Below, one piece after another: positions 27,546 through 37,338 of a stretch of 60,418 bases of DNA (the stretch's first letter is position 1; each line of letters opens with the position of its first letter). The stretch is from a virus (Duplodnaviria; Caudoviricetes). Under the pieces are notes generated by a model. The model saw nothing but the letters and a program-made list of their open reading frames with translations. It was not told where the DNA came from and searched no databases. The DNA lies in the IMG/VR virus record IMGVR_UViG_3300025325_000023, positions 1 to 60,418 of that record; one strand, written 5' to 3'. Made by a program: the position numbers and the translations under genes.

Positions 27546-28385
27546 ATGAGTAATTACGTTCGTTACCGAGGCGAAACCGGCCGTGCTCCTAGTCCGAAGA
27601 TTTTCGGTGACATGGCCAAACTTCAACATGATTCCTATCTGGGGAAGTGTATCTTCCTCTGGGATGATTTTGCAGTTAATGCGGTCCACGCTACTTTGCA
27701 GGCCAGCGGTGGATATTACACCATTCAAGACACAGGGGTGACTGTAGAAGGGCAGTCGGCTGTTTCAGACCTGGCCAAAGAGTTGGGTGTTTTGGAAATT
27801 ATCCACGATGGAACGGATAATGATGAAGCCTACATCCAATTTGGCTCGGGCAACATGTGGCGCATGGCCAACTCGGCCGGCAACACAGGACGATGCGGAT
27901 TCGAAATGCGATTGAAGACGAACACCATTGCCGATGACGGCTTGGCATTTTTCGCCGGATTGGGTTCGGATCGGGTCGCTGCCAACTATTTGGTGGACAA
28001 TGACGGTACGATCATAACCACCGAAAGTTTCGTAGGGTTTCGACGACTCCAAGATGACGGCGACCAACTCGACATCATCTTCCAAGAGGCCTCGCAAACC
28101 CTGCAAACAGTTTTGGCCAACGCCAATCCATCGGCCTTGGTTGCCAACACGTATTACAATCTTGGGTTCTTGTATAACCCCAACGCCCCTGACGCGAAGC
28201 AAGTCAGCTTCTATATAGACGGGGTTGAGTCGAATTCGTACATTACTCGAACCCAGATGGACGCGGTCACGTTCCCAGAAGACATCGGCCTTCAGCCCAT
28301 GTTCTTGTGCAAGATCGGTACGGCTACGGCTTTCACGGCTCAGATTGACTGGGTTGGGGCTTTCCAGTATCTGTCTGATGAGTAA
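27546..28385 (+). CDS. Virion structural protein (beta-sandwich; possible capsid decoration)
   Basis: GGAG RBS; DDF, FE.R, FAGL, YNLGF, FYIDGV pattern shared with the C-terminus of 28484-29662. Confidence 0.7.
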   Translation: MSNYVRYRGETGRAPSPKIFGDMAKLQHDSYLGKCIFLWDDFAVNAVHATLQASGGYYTIQDTGVTVEGQSAVSDLAKELGVLEIIHDGTDNDEAYIQFGSGNMWRMANSAGNTGRCGFEMRLKTNTIADDGLAFFAGLGSDRVAANYLVDNDGTIITTESFVGFRRLQDDGDQLDIIFQEASQTLQTVLANANPSALVANTYYNLGFLYNPNAPDAKQVSFYIDGVESNSYITRTQMDAVTFPEDIGLQPMFLCKIGTATAFTAQIDWVGAFQYLSDE

Positions 28386-28483
28386 GAAGTTTGAATAATC
28401 TCCTTTCCGATGGAGTCAACCTAAGCGTGGTTGGGCACTTTGCCTATCGGAACCATCACCAATTTTGAGAAAGATGTAAAAAT

Positions 28484-29662
28484 ATGGGTTCCTCAAATAT
28501 CTGGCGTCTCTTGCAAGCGGCTTGGTTGAATGGCGCGGAGCCGTTCCGTCTCTCAAGTTCGCAAAACCTAACTATTCGTCCTGTTGCTGACGACACCGGC
28601 AGTGTTAATTTCGGTGACGGGGCTACGGATATGGATGTCAAAATCTTTGTGGGCACCGCGACAGACTTTGCCCTCTTTGACGTGGGAAATGGCCAGCTCA
28701 CACTAGACAGCATGGAGCTAAACCTCGGCGATGACGATGAACTAGAGTTCGGAGATGCCACTGATGGTGATGTCAGGATTCGGTGGGATAACACGGACCT
28801 AGACATGTTAGCAGCCGCAGACGACACTGTGTTTAAGCTCGGTACGGGCACTAACAGTTTCGATGTATGGGTTTATGGAAACATTCCAACTAGTTATATA
28901 GTTTTTGACGCATCGGCGGATGAGATTCAATTACGCGGCCCCATTCGCCCGCGCGGATTCAAGAACCTTGGTCGCAGGTTCGAGCTAGGTACACAATTTG
29001 CAACAGGCGGACTCCCCCAACTAAACAGCGGGATTGACACCTCTGCCGCCACCCACGCAGTTTCTAGTAGTGAGTTTGAAATTCTTGGCGTAAACGCCGT
29101 AAATACAAGTGTTACTAGAGCCATTGGTGGGGGCATACTTCTTACGACGGCCGGGGCCGATGGTGATGAAGTAATTCTCCTTCCACACCTGGACGCGGGC
29201 GTATCTCCATGGACGACCACTACCTGGCCCACAAGCCAGGAAGTAGACTGGGAATGTCATATTGCCACAAACGCAAACGTGTCAAACCAAATAATCTGGG
29301 CCGGCCTAAAGCTTACCAATGTCGAACCCATATCTACTGACAATGACGCTGTGTGGTTCAGGTACGAAAACGACGTGGCTAGTGGATCATGGCAAGCAGC
29401 CGCGTCTATTGCCACCGTGGACACAGTTACAAACTCCTCGGCGGCGGTTGCTGTCAATACAATCTATCATTTGAAAATTGTCATAGCATCTGACCGGACT
29501 GCCCAAATGTATATTGACGGAGCCCTGATTAGAACGACGAACGCCCTAACGTCCACAAACCTAATTCCTTACATTGGAGTAGCTACGGACGGCGCAACGG
29601 CTGCAAAGTCTCTTCAAATTTTGGGTCAGTCCATCAGTCGAAATGTGGCGGTTGTTGCATAA
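28484..29662 (+). CDS. Virion accessory protein, paralog family member A
   Basis: P.ADDTG.V.FG.G..D.DVKIF.G...DF.LFDVGN module plus a C-terminal beta-sandwich. Confidence 0.75.
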   Translation: MGSSNIWRLLQAAWLNGAEPFRLSSSQNLTIRPVADDTGSVNFGDGATDMDVKIFVGTATDFALFDVGNGQLTLDSMELNLGDDDELEFGDATDGDVRIRWDNTDLDMLAAADDTVFKLGTGTNSFDVWVYGNIPTSYIVFDASADEIQLRGPIRPRGFKNLGRRFELGTQFATGGLPQLNSGIDTSAATHAVSSSEFEILGVNAVNTSVTRAIGGGILLTTAGADGDEVILLPHLDAGVSPWTTTTWPTSQEVDWECHIATNANVSNQIIWAGLKLTNVEPISTDNDAVWFRYENDVASGSWQAAASIATVDTVTNSSAAVAVNTIYHLKIVIASDRTAQMYIDGALIRTTNALTSTNLIPYIGVATDGATAAKSLQILGQSISRNVAVVA

Positions 29663-29675
29663 TTAAGGTATAGGC

Positions 29676-29771
29676 ATGAGTTCACAGAACGTACTCCGAC
29701 AACTACAGCAAGCCATAGAAACTGGGAGCTTTGGGCAACCACTAAGTCGAGTCGTGCCTGTAGTTACATAA
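29676..29771 (+). CDS. 31-aa mini-protein matching the N-terminal motif of the flanking paralogs
   Basis: MSSQNVLRQLQQAIETGSF vs MGSSNIWRLLQAAWLNGAEPF and MSDRNVLRRLQNALTRGEAF. Confidence 0.55.
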   Translation: MSSQNVLRQLQQAIETGSFGQPLSRVVPVVT

Positions 29772-29830
29772 TGAGAGAGCCAAAGTTATTGATACTATGG
29801 CGATCGCAACTTAGCCCAATGCTAAAATAT

Positions 29831-30631
29831 ATGAGTGACAGAAATGTGTTGCGGCGGTTACAGAATGCTTTAACACGAGGGGAGGCATTTTCTATCACCT
29901 CCGCACAGGCCCTAGTCATTAAACCTACATCGGACGATACCGGAGCGGTTCATTTTGGGACAGGTACGGAGGACCTGGATGTCAAAATCTTTGTTGGGGC
30001 AAATACAGACTTCGCCCTCTTTGACGTAGGCAATGGTCAACTGACCTTGGACTCGATGGAGCTCCAGATGGGAGACGCCGATAAGATAGAGTTCGGCGAT
30101 GGAGTTGACCTAACCATGGCCTGGGACGGCACAGACTTTGATGTATTAGCGGCCGCTGATGATTCGGTCATAAAATTTGGAAACGGCACAAACAGTTTTG
30201 ATATTTGGCTATTTGGGCAAGCTTCTGGGGAATATTTATTGTGGGATGCCTCCGACAATAAGTTAATTTCCACTGGAAACGCTTTTGTAGCCAAAAAGGT
30301 AACAGCATTAACGTCCAATACCGTATTAAGCACGGCGCAAATGGGAGGCATTATTACCAACCGAGGAACTAGTGGAGCACTTAACCACACCCTCCCGGCA
30401 ATCACTTCTCCATATTTAGGAGCATGGTTCCAATATTTTGGAGTAGCCGATCAAACTCAAACCTTCACGGCCGACCCAGCAGACACTTTGATAGCATTCA
30501 ATGATGCGACAGCTGACTCGATCGCATTCTCTACGGCAGGGGAAAAGATTGGGGCGCACGCCACCTTTGTATGTGATGGGACGAGTTGGATTGTAGCTGA
30601 CGTAAAGGGTGCGGCCACCGTGGCCACGTAA
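29831..30631 (+). CDS. Virion accessory protein, paralog family member B (alternative start 29771)
   Basis: Same DDTG/DVKIF module plus the C-terminal GIITNRG..GALNHTLP...FVCDGT.W module. Confidence 0.75.
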   Translation: MSDRNVLRRLQNALTRGEAFSITSAQALVIKPTSDDTGAVHFGTGTEDLDVKIFVGANTDFALFDVGNGQLTLDSMELQMGDADKIEFGDGVDLTMAWDGTDFDVLAAADDSVIKFGNGTNSFDIWLFGQASGEYLLWDASDNKLISTGNAFVAKKVTALTSNTVLSTAQMGGIITNRGTSGALNHTLPAITSPYLGAWFQYFGVADQTQTFTADPADTLIAFNDATADSIAFSTAGEKIGAHATFVCDGTSWIVADVKGAATVAT

Positions 30632-30641
30632 TAGGAATCAT

Positions 30642-31058
30642 ATGGACATACGACCACTAGAGGGCAACCACGAAGCTCAGCTCAAGACAGCCCTGAGACT
30701 TCAAGATCACGAGCCGCTTCCTCCAGAGATCGTCGAACGGTACTGGGAATTGTCCAGGACATTCCGGCGGCTAGGAGAGGTAATTCGTGGTCCAGACTTG
30801 GCGTGGCTAGTCGTACTGGCGGGCCGCCCGATCCCAAAACCCCCAACCACCATCCTAAACTCAATCAAAAACGGACAACTCGCAAAGGGTGACCGGGTAC
30901 TAGGACTGTGGAGAGACGAATGGAAGTTCGGAAGATATATCAAGCAGCGCGGGAAGAAAGTGGTTGTAATACTCGACGAGGGTCCACCTGAAGAGCGAGA
31001 ATTATCAGCACTAGAGGTGAGAATACCAGACATAAATGAGCTTGCCGTTGTAAGCTAA
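30642..31058 (+). CDS. Hypothetical protein with SH3/Tudor-like C-terminus
   Basis: KGDRVLGLW..EW..G...V.VILD pattern. Confidence 0.6.
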   Translation: MDIRPLEGNHEAQLKTALRLQDHEPLPPEIVERYWELSRTFRRLGEVIRGPDLAWLVVLAGRPIPKPPTTILNSIKNGQLAKGDRVLGLWRDEWKFGRYIKQRGKKVVVILDEGPPEERELSALEVRIPDINELAVVS

Positions 31059-31080
31059 TAGTTTACAACGTGGTTATATA

Positions 31081-31112
31081 AGGCTTCGGGCGCATGTGGC
31101 CGAAGCCTTTTT
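31081..31112 (+). terminator. Rho-independent terminator
   Basis: AGGCTTCGG-loop-CCGAAGCCT followed by a T run. Confidence 0.8.
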
Positions 31113-31124
31113 CATAGGCGTAAA

Positions 31125-31718
31125 ATGAATACATCAGTATACATAGATGAAGTAGGGAAAAAATACGGACAATTGCTGGTTACCGCACGACATAAAAATA
31201 AAGATAGTGGAAGTGCTACTTGTCTATGTTTATGTGATTGTGGTATCATTGTACCCGTAGCTGGTTACGCCTTACGATATGGCCATATTAAAAGTTGTGG
31301 CTGCTTAAGAAAAAATGGAAATTTGGGGGCACCTAGAAAAGGATTAGGAGAAGCGTCAAAAAACACTACCTACAGGAATATGCAACGTAAGGCCAAACAT
31401 AAAAAAAGAACCTGGGCTATAGATTTTGACCAATTTTGCACTTTTACACAACTACCGTGTTATTACTGTGGATCGTCTCCAGAAAATATAACACGTAATT
31501 TTAGAGGAACGGGAGATTACATATATAATGGATTAGATAGAGTTAATAACGCAGAGGGTTATACTCTAGAAAACATAGTTCCTTGTTGTAAAAAATGCAA
31601 CTTTGCCAAACGTACCATGGATGTCCTCGAATTCAAAACCTGGATAAAAACAGCTCACGACCACCTATTTAAACTCCAGGTTAGTCATACAAGATTTGCA
31701 GGTGTACCATTGCAGTAA
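31125..31718 (+). CDS. HNH homing endonuclease
   Basis: GKKYGQL...CLCDCG..KSCGC; C.YCG..NGLDRVNN..GY..EN.VPCC..CN; more AT-rich than the flanks. Confidence 0.85.
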   Translation: MNTSVYIDEVGKKYGQLLVTARHKNKDSGSATCLCLCDCGIIVPVAGYALRYGHIKSCGCLRKNGNLGAPRKGLGEASKNTTYRNMQRKAKHKKRTWAIDFDQFCTFTQLPCYYCGSSPENITRNFRGTGDYIYNGLDRVNNAEGYTLENIVPCCKKCNFAKRTMDVLEFKTWIKTAHDHLFKLQVSHTRFAGVPLQ

Positions 31719-31741
31719 CCATTCAACATTATTCTAGAGCC

Positions 31742-32119
31742 GTGGTCAGAGTCGACGGCGTGACCTATCAGGTGGGGAGTCTGGAGACTCCGATATCCGT
31801 GACGGCGACTAACGAGATAGTCTATCAGCGCGTGTTCTCCATCTCCAATAGTGCCAACGCAACCGTTTACGATGATACTTTAGGGAATTTCGACTACCTT
31901 TGGGTAGCTTCCGATTTCAATACCCGATTGCTTTGCACGAATGTTAATAGCGTCGCATTAAATTTTCAGTTACTTGGTACTGGCACATCAGGTAGTTACG
32001 GGGTTCCCTTCGTTTTGGGGCTCGATCTCAGCACCAATTCGTCGGTCACAATTAACACGTTGCAGGTCTTCAACGACAGCGGTAGCACGGCGAACATCTT
32101 GGTCTTAGCATTGGATTAG
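31742..32119 (+). CDS. Beta-rich virion protein (start may be the ATT at 31709)
   Basis: Composition typical of the structural block; frame is open upstream to the ATT. Confidence 0.65.
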   Translation: MVRVDGVTYQVGSLETPISVTATNEIVYQRVFSISNSANATVYDDTLGNFDYLWVASDFNTRLLCTNVNSVALNFQLLGTGTSGSYGVPFVLGLDLSTNSSVTINTLQVFNDSGSTANILVLALD

Positions 32120-32121
32120 TT

Positions 32122-32679
32122 ATGGTCTTTGCTACAATTCCATCAGGCGCTACGACTCGAATTCAATACAATACGGCAGATATAAACGTATTGCCCGATG
32201 TAGACGATACTGGTACAGTCAGCATAGGTAACGGAATTGCCGATATAGACTTCAAAATTTACTTAGGGACTACCGCCGATTTCGTGTTGTTTGATGTAGG
32301 TAACACAAAAGTGACTCCTTCGGGGGCGTCTTTCTTAGCGGCAAAGGTTTCCGCTTTGACTACAAATACTACCCTGAGTGCTACACATTTTGGTGGAATA
32401 ATCACAAATCGAGGAGCCGCAGGGGCCTTGAATCACACTCTTCCTACGGCTACCGCGGCGCTAAGCGGTGCGTGGTTTGAATACTGGGGGTTTGCTAATC
32501 AAAACCAAACCTTCACAGCAGGGCCAGCAGACTCGTTAGTGATACTGAACGACTCCGCTTCCGATTCAGTTTCGTTCTCCTCGAATAACCAGAAAATTGG
32601 TGCGAGTGCCAAGTTTGTCTGTGATGGTACTAATTGGTATGTAGCTATCCTTCAAGGAAATGGTACGACAACTACTTAA
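32122..32679 (+). CDS. Virion accessory protein, paralog family member C
   Basis: DDTG/DFKI module plus the GIITNRGAAGALNHTLP...FVCDGTNW module. Confidence 0.75.
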   Translation: MVFATIPSGATTRIQYNTADINVLPDVDDTGTVSIGNGIADIDFKIYLGTTADFVLFDVGNTKVTPSGASFLAAKVSALTTNTTLSATHFGGIITNRGAAGALNHTLPTATAALSGAWFEYWGFANQNQTFTAGPADSLVILNDSASDSVSFSSNNQKIGASAKFVCDGTNWYVAILQGNGTTTT

Positions 32680-32702
32680 TACAATTTTCACGGATTTCAT
32701 AT

Positions 32703-33260
32703 ATGCCATACCTTACCGGCGCTAGTGTTGGAAATGTGGGCTTTTTTTTCGATGGAGATAATGTAAACATACTGCCCACAACAGATGATGCGGGGACAAT
32801 AAGCATTGGGGACGGCGCTCTAGATATAGACTTAAAAGTCTTCATGGGAACCACAGCAGATTACACACTAGTTGATATCAGCGCAGCTACCATAACCCTG
32901 GTGGGCGCGGTAACCGCGCCCCATAAGGTAAATGCTCTAACCACCAATACAGTATTGTCCAACACACACTTTAACGGGGTAATCACCAACCGTGGAGCTG
33001 CTGGAGCCCTTAACCACACAATTCCAAACGCCAATGCCGCCTTAGCAGGTATGTGGTTTGAATACAGGGGTGTGGCGGATCAGAATCAAACTTTTACTGC
33101 CGCCACTGCCGACACCCTCATAACCCTAAACGATGCAACTTCAGATTCAATTGCCTGGTCTACTGCGTTAAGCCGGATAGGGTCCCACGGGGTCTTCTTT
33201 TGTGATGGAACAAATTGGTTCGCAACCTCTCTGTCTGGCGTAGCCACCATAGCGACATAG
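32703..33260 (+). CDS. Virion accessory protein, paralog family member D
   Basis: Same two modules as member C; tandem duplicate. Confidence 0.75.
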   Translation: MPYLTGASVGNVGFFFDGDNVNILPTTDDAGTISIGDGALDIDLKVFMGTTADYTLVDISAATITLVGAVTAPHKVNALTTNTVLSNTHFNGVITNRGAAGALNHTIPNANAALAGMWFEYRGVADQNQTFTAATADTLITLNDATSDSIAWSTALSRIGSHGVFFCDGTNWFATSLSGVATIAT

Positions 33261-33264
33261 CACC

Positions 33265-33981
33265 ATGGCCGAATCCTCAATCTCCGTAGCATTCGCAGAC
33301 ATTCAAAGCGAGATCGCACATTACTTAGGGTGGGATAGAACGGCTTCCAGCTGGACCACCAATAACAATACCGACTTTGCCTTGCTCATAGAACGCGGAT
33401 TACGAATGTTCTACTTTCCGGTAATCTCCGAGGAGCAACCCGTATACGAGTGGTCGTTCCTTCAGATTGAAGGCACCATTACGTTGGCCACATCTGACGT
33501 AGATTACGACTTGCCTGACGATTGTAGCGGTACGGTCCTTGACAATAGTGTTACCCATGCGGTCGGGTCCACCCGCCGGCCGCTTTTGAAAATCTCCGAG
33601 GCAGCGTGGCGGAAGGTGCGATCTATGGATGATCTAACGGGGACGACCAAGTATTACGCGGTGCGCAATAAGGCGCAAGCAGCAAATACGGGACAGCGCT
33701 TTGAGCTCCTGATCTACCCAACGCCAACATCCACCCAAAATACCCAAGTGATAACTTACCGGTACGTCACAATTCCAAATGTCATTTCCGCAACTAATAT
33801 CTATCCGGCCGGCGGTGGACGGCACTCAGAGACTATCCTGGCGGCAATGCTCGCGGCGGCAGAAGAAAAACAGGATGATGATCCGAACGGACCATACAAG
33901 CAGAAATTCAAAGAGTTACTGATGAGCTCAATCCGATCGGATATGCAACTTAAGGATAACAACAGGGGAGGCGAAACTTAA
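33265..33981 (+). CDS. Head-tail adaptor / tail tubular protein A-like, paralog 2
   Basis: YEWSFL...DYDLPDD...LIYPTP...ITYRY. Confidence 0.7.
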   Translation: MAESSISVAFADIQSEIAHYLGWDRTASSWTTNNNTDFALLIERGLRMFYFPVISEEQPVYEWSFLQIEGTITLATSDVDYDLPDDCSGTVLDNSVTHAVGSTRRPLLKISEAAWRKVRSMDDLTGTTKYYAVRNKAQAANTGQRFELLIYPTPTSTQNTQVITYRYVTIPNVISATNIYPAGGGRHSETILAAMLAAAEEKQDDDPNGPYKQKFKELLMSSIRSDMQLKDNNRGGET

Positions 33982-34640
33982 TGGCACAAGCTAATCCATA
34001 TTTGTCTAGAATACTTAAACTCCAAGAAAACCTTCGACAACAAACCTTGGCACCAGGGGAGGCTAGATATACAGACATACTAGGCCAGTACAAAACCTTA
34101 GCCGGCACCACCTCCAGTGCCCTCGGGCAAGTGCCTGGCATGTACCAGAACCTAGCAGACGCCTACGGGCGCCGCGCTGAGGACTTTCGTGGAGATATAG
34201 AGGGCGGGGGCGCCATACAGCGAGAGGAGCTGGCTAGACGAGAACAACAACAACTTGGGGAGCTAAATGCAAGACAAGGTGGTCTGGCCGGATCTTATGT
34301 GGCGGGCCTATCCAGAGGTATACGCAGCGATGCGGCCTTTAATCAAATGCGTCTAGAAGAATCTCTACGCCAACAGCGCCTTGGATATCTCTCCAAACTC
34401 ACTGGAGAACAACTCGCAGCCCAGGGAATGGTCCCACAAGCGACGGCACAAACCGCTTTGCAACAAATGCAAGTGGGAGAAAGACCGTTACAATTCGAAG
34501 CGAGCAAACAGGACCAAGGGTTTGGATCGCAATATACACAAACTTACGGCAAGTTGGCGGACCTCCTAGGCCAACAGGCCAATATTGGAACCGGAGGTCT
34601 TTATAAACCATACGGAACCGTATCCAGTCTTAGGCAATAA
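33981..34640 (+). CDS. Putative internal virion (ejection) protein
   Basis: Q/G/A-rich helical protein at the start of the ejection block. Confidence 0.55.
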   Translation: MAQANPYLSRILKLQENLRQQTLAPGEARYTDILGQYKTLAGTTSSALGQVPGMYQNLADAYGRRAEDFRGDIEGGGAIQREELARREQQQLGELNARQGGLAGSYVAGLSRGIRSDAAFNQMRLEESLRQQRLGYLSKLTGEQLAAQGMVPQATAQTALQQMQVGERPLQFEASKQDQGFGSQYTQTYGKLADLLGQQANIGTGGLYKPYGTVSSLRQ

Positions 34641-34642
34641 TC

Positions 34643-35581
34643 ATGGCCTTTCCATTAACCAAAGGTTACAAATCAACCGTTGGTCAAGTACCAGGAATGT
34701 CCTTACTAGCAAGGGCCTTTATGGGACCGCCTGGCCCAAGGCCTATCAATTGGGACCGGGCTGGCCAGGGTTCCCAACAACAGGCGCAACCCAGTCCCCA
34801 GTTAACTGGCTTAGGGGGCGCTCCGTCTCTAGATTCTTACCAACAGTCACAAGGCCGGCCGCAATTGCGATCCCAACCACAAGGTGCAGCCCCAACTACA
34901 ACCCTGACTGGCATTGCTCCGGTCGAAGGGGGTACCCCCCCACCTACCATGGGGTCTTTGGGTTCTTTATCCGGCCCTGGTGTTACGATGCCCCAGGTCA
35001 GTATTGGTGGAGTAGGCACGGGGGGTGACGGCTCTACTGATGGAAGTAGTGGCGGTGTAGTGGGCAGTGGCGGTGGAGTGGGCAGTGGGGGAGGAGGGGG
35101 CATATCCTATGACCCAGCTGTCGTTGCACGCATTAAAGCCGAATCTGCGGAGAGAATGCTGCGGAGTCAATTAGACTTGCAGTCAGCCAGGGATGCACAA
35201 GCACAGAGGAATTTAGAACACCAATTTCGATGGGGAGCCGGTGGAGGAAGTGGAGGAGGTGGAGGGGGAGGTGGTGGCGGAGGCAGAAACGGAGGAGGAG
35301 GCGGAGGCGGAAGCGGAGGCGGAGGAGGCCCTGGAGGGGGAGTTGTCGGCCAAATGATTGAAAACCCGTACGCAGGCAAAGGCGGAGCGTTAACCGGACT
35401 GGATGAAGGCATTAAGTCTGGAGACATCTACGGAGGACTTGGGCCACCAAAGAAGAAGGACCCTTGTGCCATATACCAACAATATGTAAACGCCGGCACT
35501 GGTGGCCCGGCCGCACAGCGAGCCAATCAACGAAATCTAACGGCGTGCAGACAATCGAACGCTCCTCTAAAGAAAAAGTAG
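34643..35581 (+). CDS. Gly-rich putative internal virion protein
   Basis: Long poly-Gly tracts; position in the ejection block. Confidence 0.55.
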   Translation: MAFPLTKGYKSTVGQVPGMSLLARAFMGPPGPRPINWDRAGQGSQQQAQPSPQLTGLGGAPSLDSYQQSQGRPQLRSQPQGAAPTTTLTGIAPVEGGTPPPTMGSLGSLSGPGVTMPQVSIGGVGTGGDGSTDGSSGGVVGSGGGVGSGGGGGISYDPAVVARIKAESAERMLRSQLDLQSARDAQAQRNLEHQFRWGAGGGSGGGGGGGGGGGRNGGGGGGGSGGGGGPGGGVVGQMIENPYAGKGGALTGLDEGIKSGDIYGGLGPPKKKDPCAIYQQYVNAGTGGPAAQRANQRNLTACRQSNAPLKKK

Positions 35582-35591
35582 GGGTATATGT

Positions 35592-35783
35592 ATGGCTATG
35601 ACTAAACCAAAAATTAAGCCCAAAGCTAAACCTATATCATACTACGCGGCCGCGCTTAAGGAAGCCGCACTAAAGAGAGAATCAGCAGCGATGGCCAAGC
35701 AGCACAAAGACTTCGATGCTAAGGCGCTTAGCCTACTACGAGCACGGGACAAGCCAACTTACGGACAGACCTACTATGGCTAA
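35592..35783 (+). CDS. Small basic protein
   Basis: K/A-rich; overlaps the next start codon. Confidence 0.5.
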   Translation: MAMTKPKIKPKAKPISYYAAALKEAALKRESAAMAKQHKDFDAKALSLLRARDKPTYGQTYYG

Positions 35784-37329
35784 AAGCATAGGGCCTTACG
35801 AGTGGATACCAAATCCCTATGCAGGGACCAGATCGCCCTACCGAAATGCCTTACCCGGCTTGCAGGATGCCCAACCCAAGGCCCAATCGTACATAAGTGA
35901 AGACGATGCTTACTTAGCGCACCTAGCTGGCCTGCCCCCGCAAGAATATGTATCTAGACGAGACGAACGGGCTGCCGATGAAATATTTGAAAACAAGCGG
36001 ATGGAGGCAGCCGGAACACTTACACCAATCGCCCGAGGGATGCCATCCGCGTATACCCCACCACAAGGGATTAATTTAGGAGGCGCAAGTCCTGCCGAAT
36101 TGCAGAGGATGGCAGATGAGGTTAAGAGGGGAACAAGGTCTGCCGCAGATTACGCCACATTCATAAAAACCCAACCTGGGTATACGGACCCAACCCTAGA
36201 ATTTCGCAAGGCCGAATCAGCCAGAGGTATACGAGAGAAAGTGGCCGCTAAGGTCGCTGCTATAGACGTAAAAAGTCAACGGTTTAATCAGTATGGGAAG
36301 CAACTCTGGACCGAGCGTCGCAATAAATACAGCAGTTTATTAAAGGGCGAGGGAGAACGGCTATCTCCACAAAGCCTAACGATAGAACTTGAGACGTTCG
36401 ATAGAATACTAGACTCTGAAAATTGGGATTCATATAGCCAGGCACAACCGGGCGATGCTACCCCTGTCACCGATGGGGCGGGAGAGCCAGTAATGTCGCA
36501 CAACGGAATCCCATTACTACAAATTGTAACACCCGATGGCAAGGTCAAACATTTCTGGCAACGACCCGTAATCACCGAATATCCGGATGGTCGCAGTATC
36601 TCTACTACCCTAGGTGAACAAACGTGGATACCCCGAGCCCAAACAGAGGAAGCCAAACAACAGACAAAAGACAGAGCAGCTGACGAGAGATCGGCCGGCC
36701 GCCTTGTAGAAAAATACTTCGAAACGTCGGTTTTCCCAGACACCCCCCCGGAAGAAATTAAACAAAACGTAGCTGCCATAATCGACAATGCGATGGATAT
36801 ACGGACTCAGATAAAGAAGGCGTCGCAAAAGATAAAACAAGGAGACGAGACCGGCCAATATACCACCATCGAGGATGAAACAGACCTTCGATTAAATGAG
36901 GCGGCACAGCAACAGCAAGAGGCCCTTGACCAACTAAATAAACATGTGCAAGAGCAACAAGCACGAGAAGTAGAGAGAAAGAAACGATTGGATGCTGACA
37001 GGGCAGCCTTCATGGAAGCCAGGCAACGTCAAATACAACAAAAGGCCGATAATGCTAGGCTAGAGCAACGCCTAAAAGATGCCAAAAACTCTTTCGAACA
37101 ATGGTCCATAAGAGTAGGAGAGTGGGAAAATAACCCACGCATGGTAAACCTCGCACGAAATCCTGTAATCGCAAAAACTGACGGAGACATACGAAATGCC
37201 CCAATGAATACCATCATTAGCCACAAGGGAACTCTCATCTACAAGGCAGACGTTGACGGGCAGCCAGTTCTTTTCAAACTCCCTGCGGCCAGACCAATAA
37301 CACAAGCTGGACTCGTGCCTCCTGCATAA
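35776..37329 (+). CDS. Putative internal virion (ejection) protein
   Basis: Coiled-coil protein upstream of the largest ORF. Confidence 0.6.
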   Translation: MAKSIGPYEWIPNPYAGTRSPYRNALPGLQDAQPKAQSYISEDDAYLAHLAGLPPQEYVSRRDERAADEIFENKRMEAAGTLTPIARGMPSAYTPPQGINLGGASPAELQRMADEVKRGTRSAADYATFIKTQPGYTDPTLEFRKAESARGIREKVAAKVAAIDVKSQRFNQYGKQLWTERRNKYSSLLKGEGERLSPQSLTIELETFDRILDSENWDSYSQAQPGDATPVTDGAGEPVMSHNGIPLLQIVTPDGKVKHFWQRPVITEYPDGRSISTTLGEQTWIPRAQTEEAKQQTKDRAADERSAGRLVEKYFETSVFPDTPPEEIKQNVAAIIDNAMDIRTQIKKASQKIKQGDETGQYTTIEDETDLRLNEAAQQQQEALDQLNKHVQEQQAREVERKKRLDADRAAFMEARQRQIQQKADNARLEQRLKDAKNSFEQWSIRVGEWENNPRMVNLARNPVIAKTDGDIRNAPMNTIISHKGTLIYKADVDGQPVLFKLPAARPITQAGLVPPA

Positions 37330-37338
37330 CGAGATTAT

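Noticed and set aside
35235-35345. GGA/GGC-rich tract as a DNA repeat element
   Set aside because: Encodes poly-Gly in frame with mixed codons.
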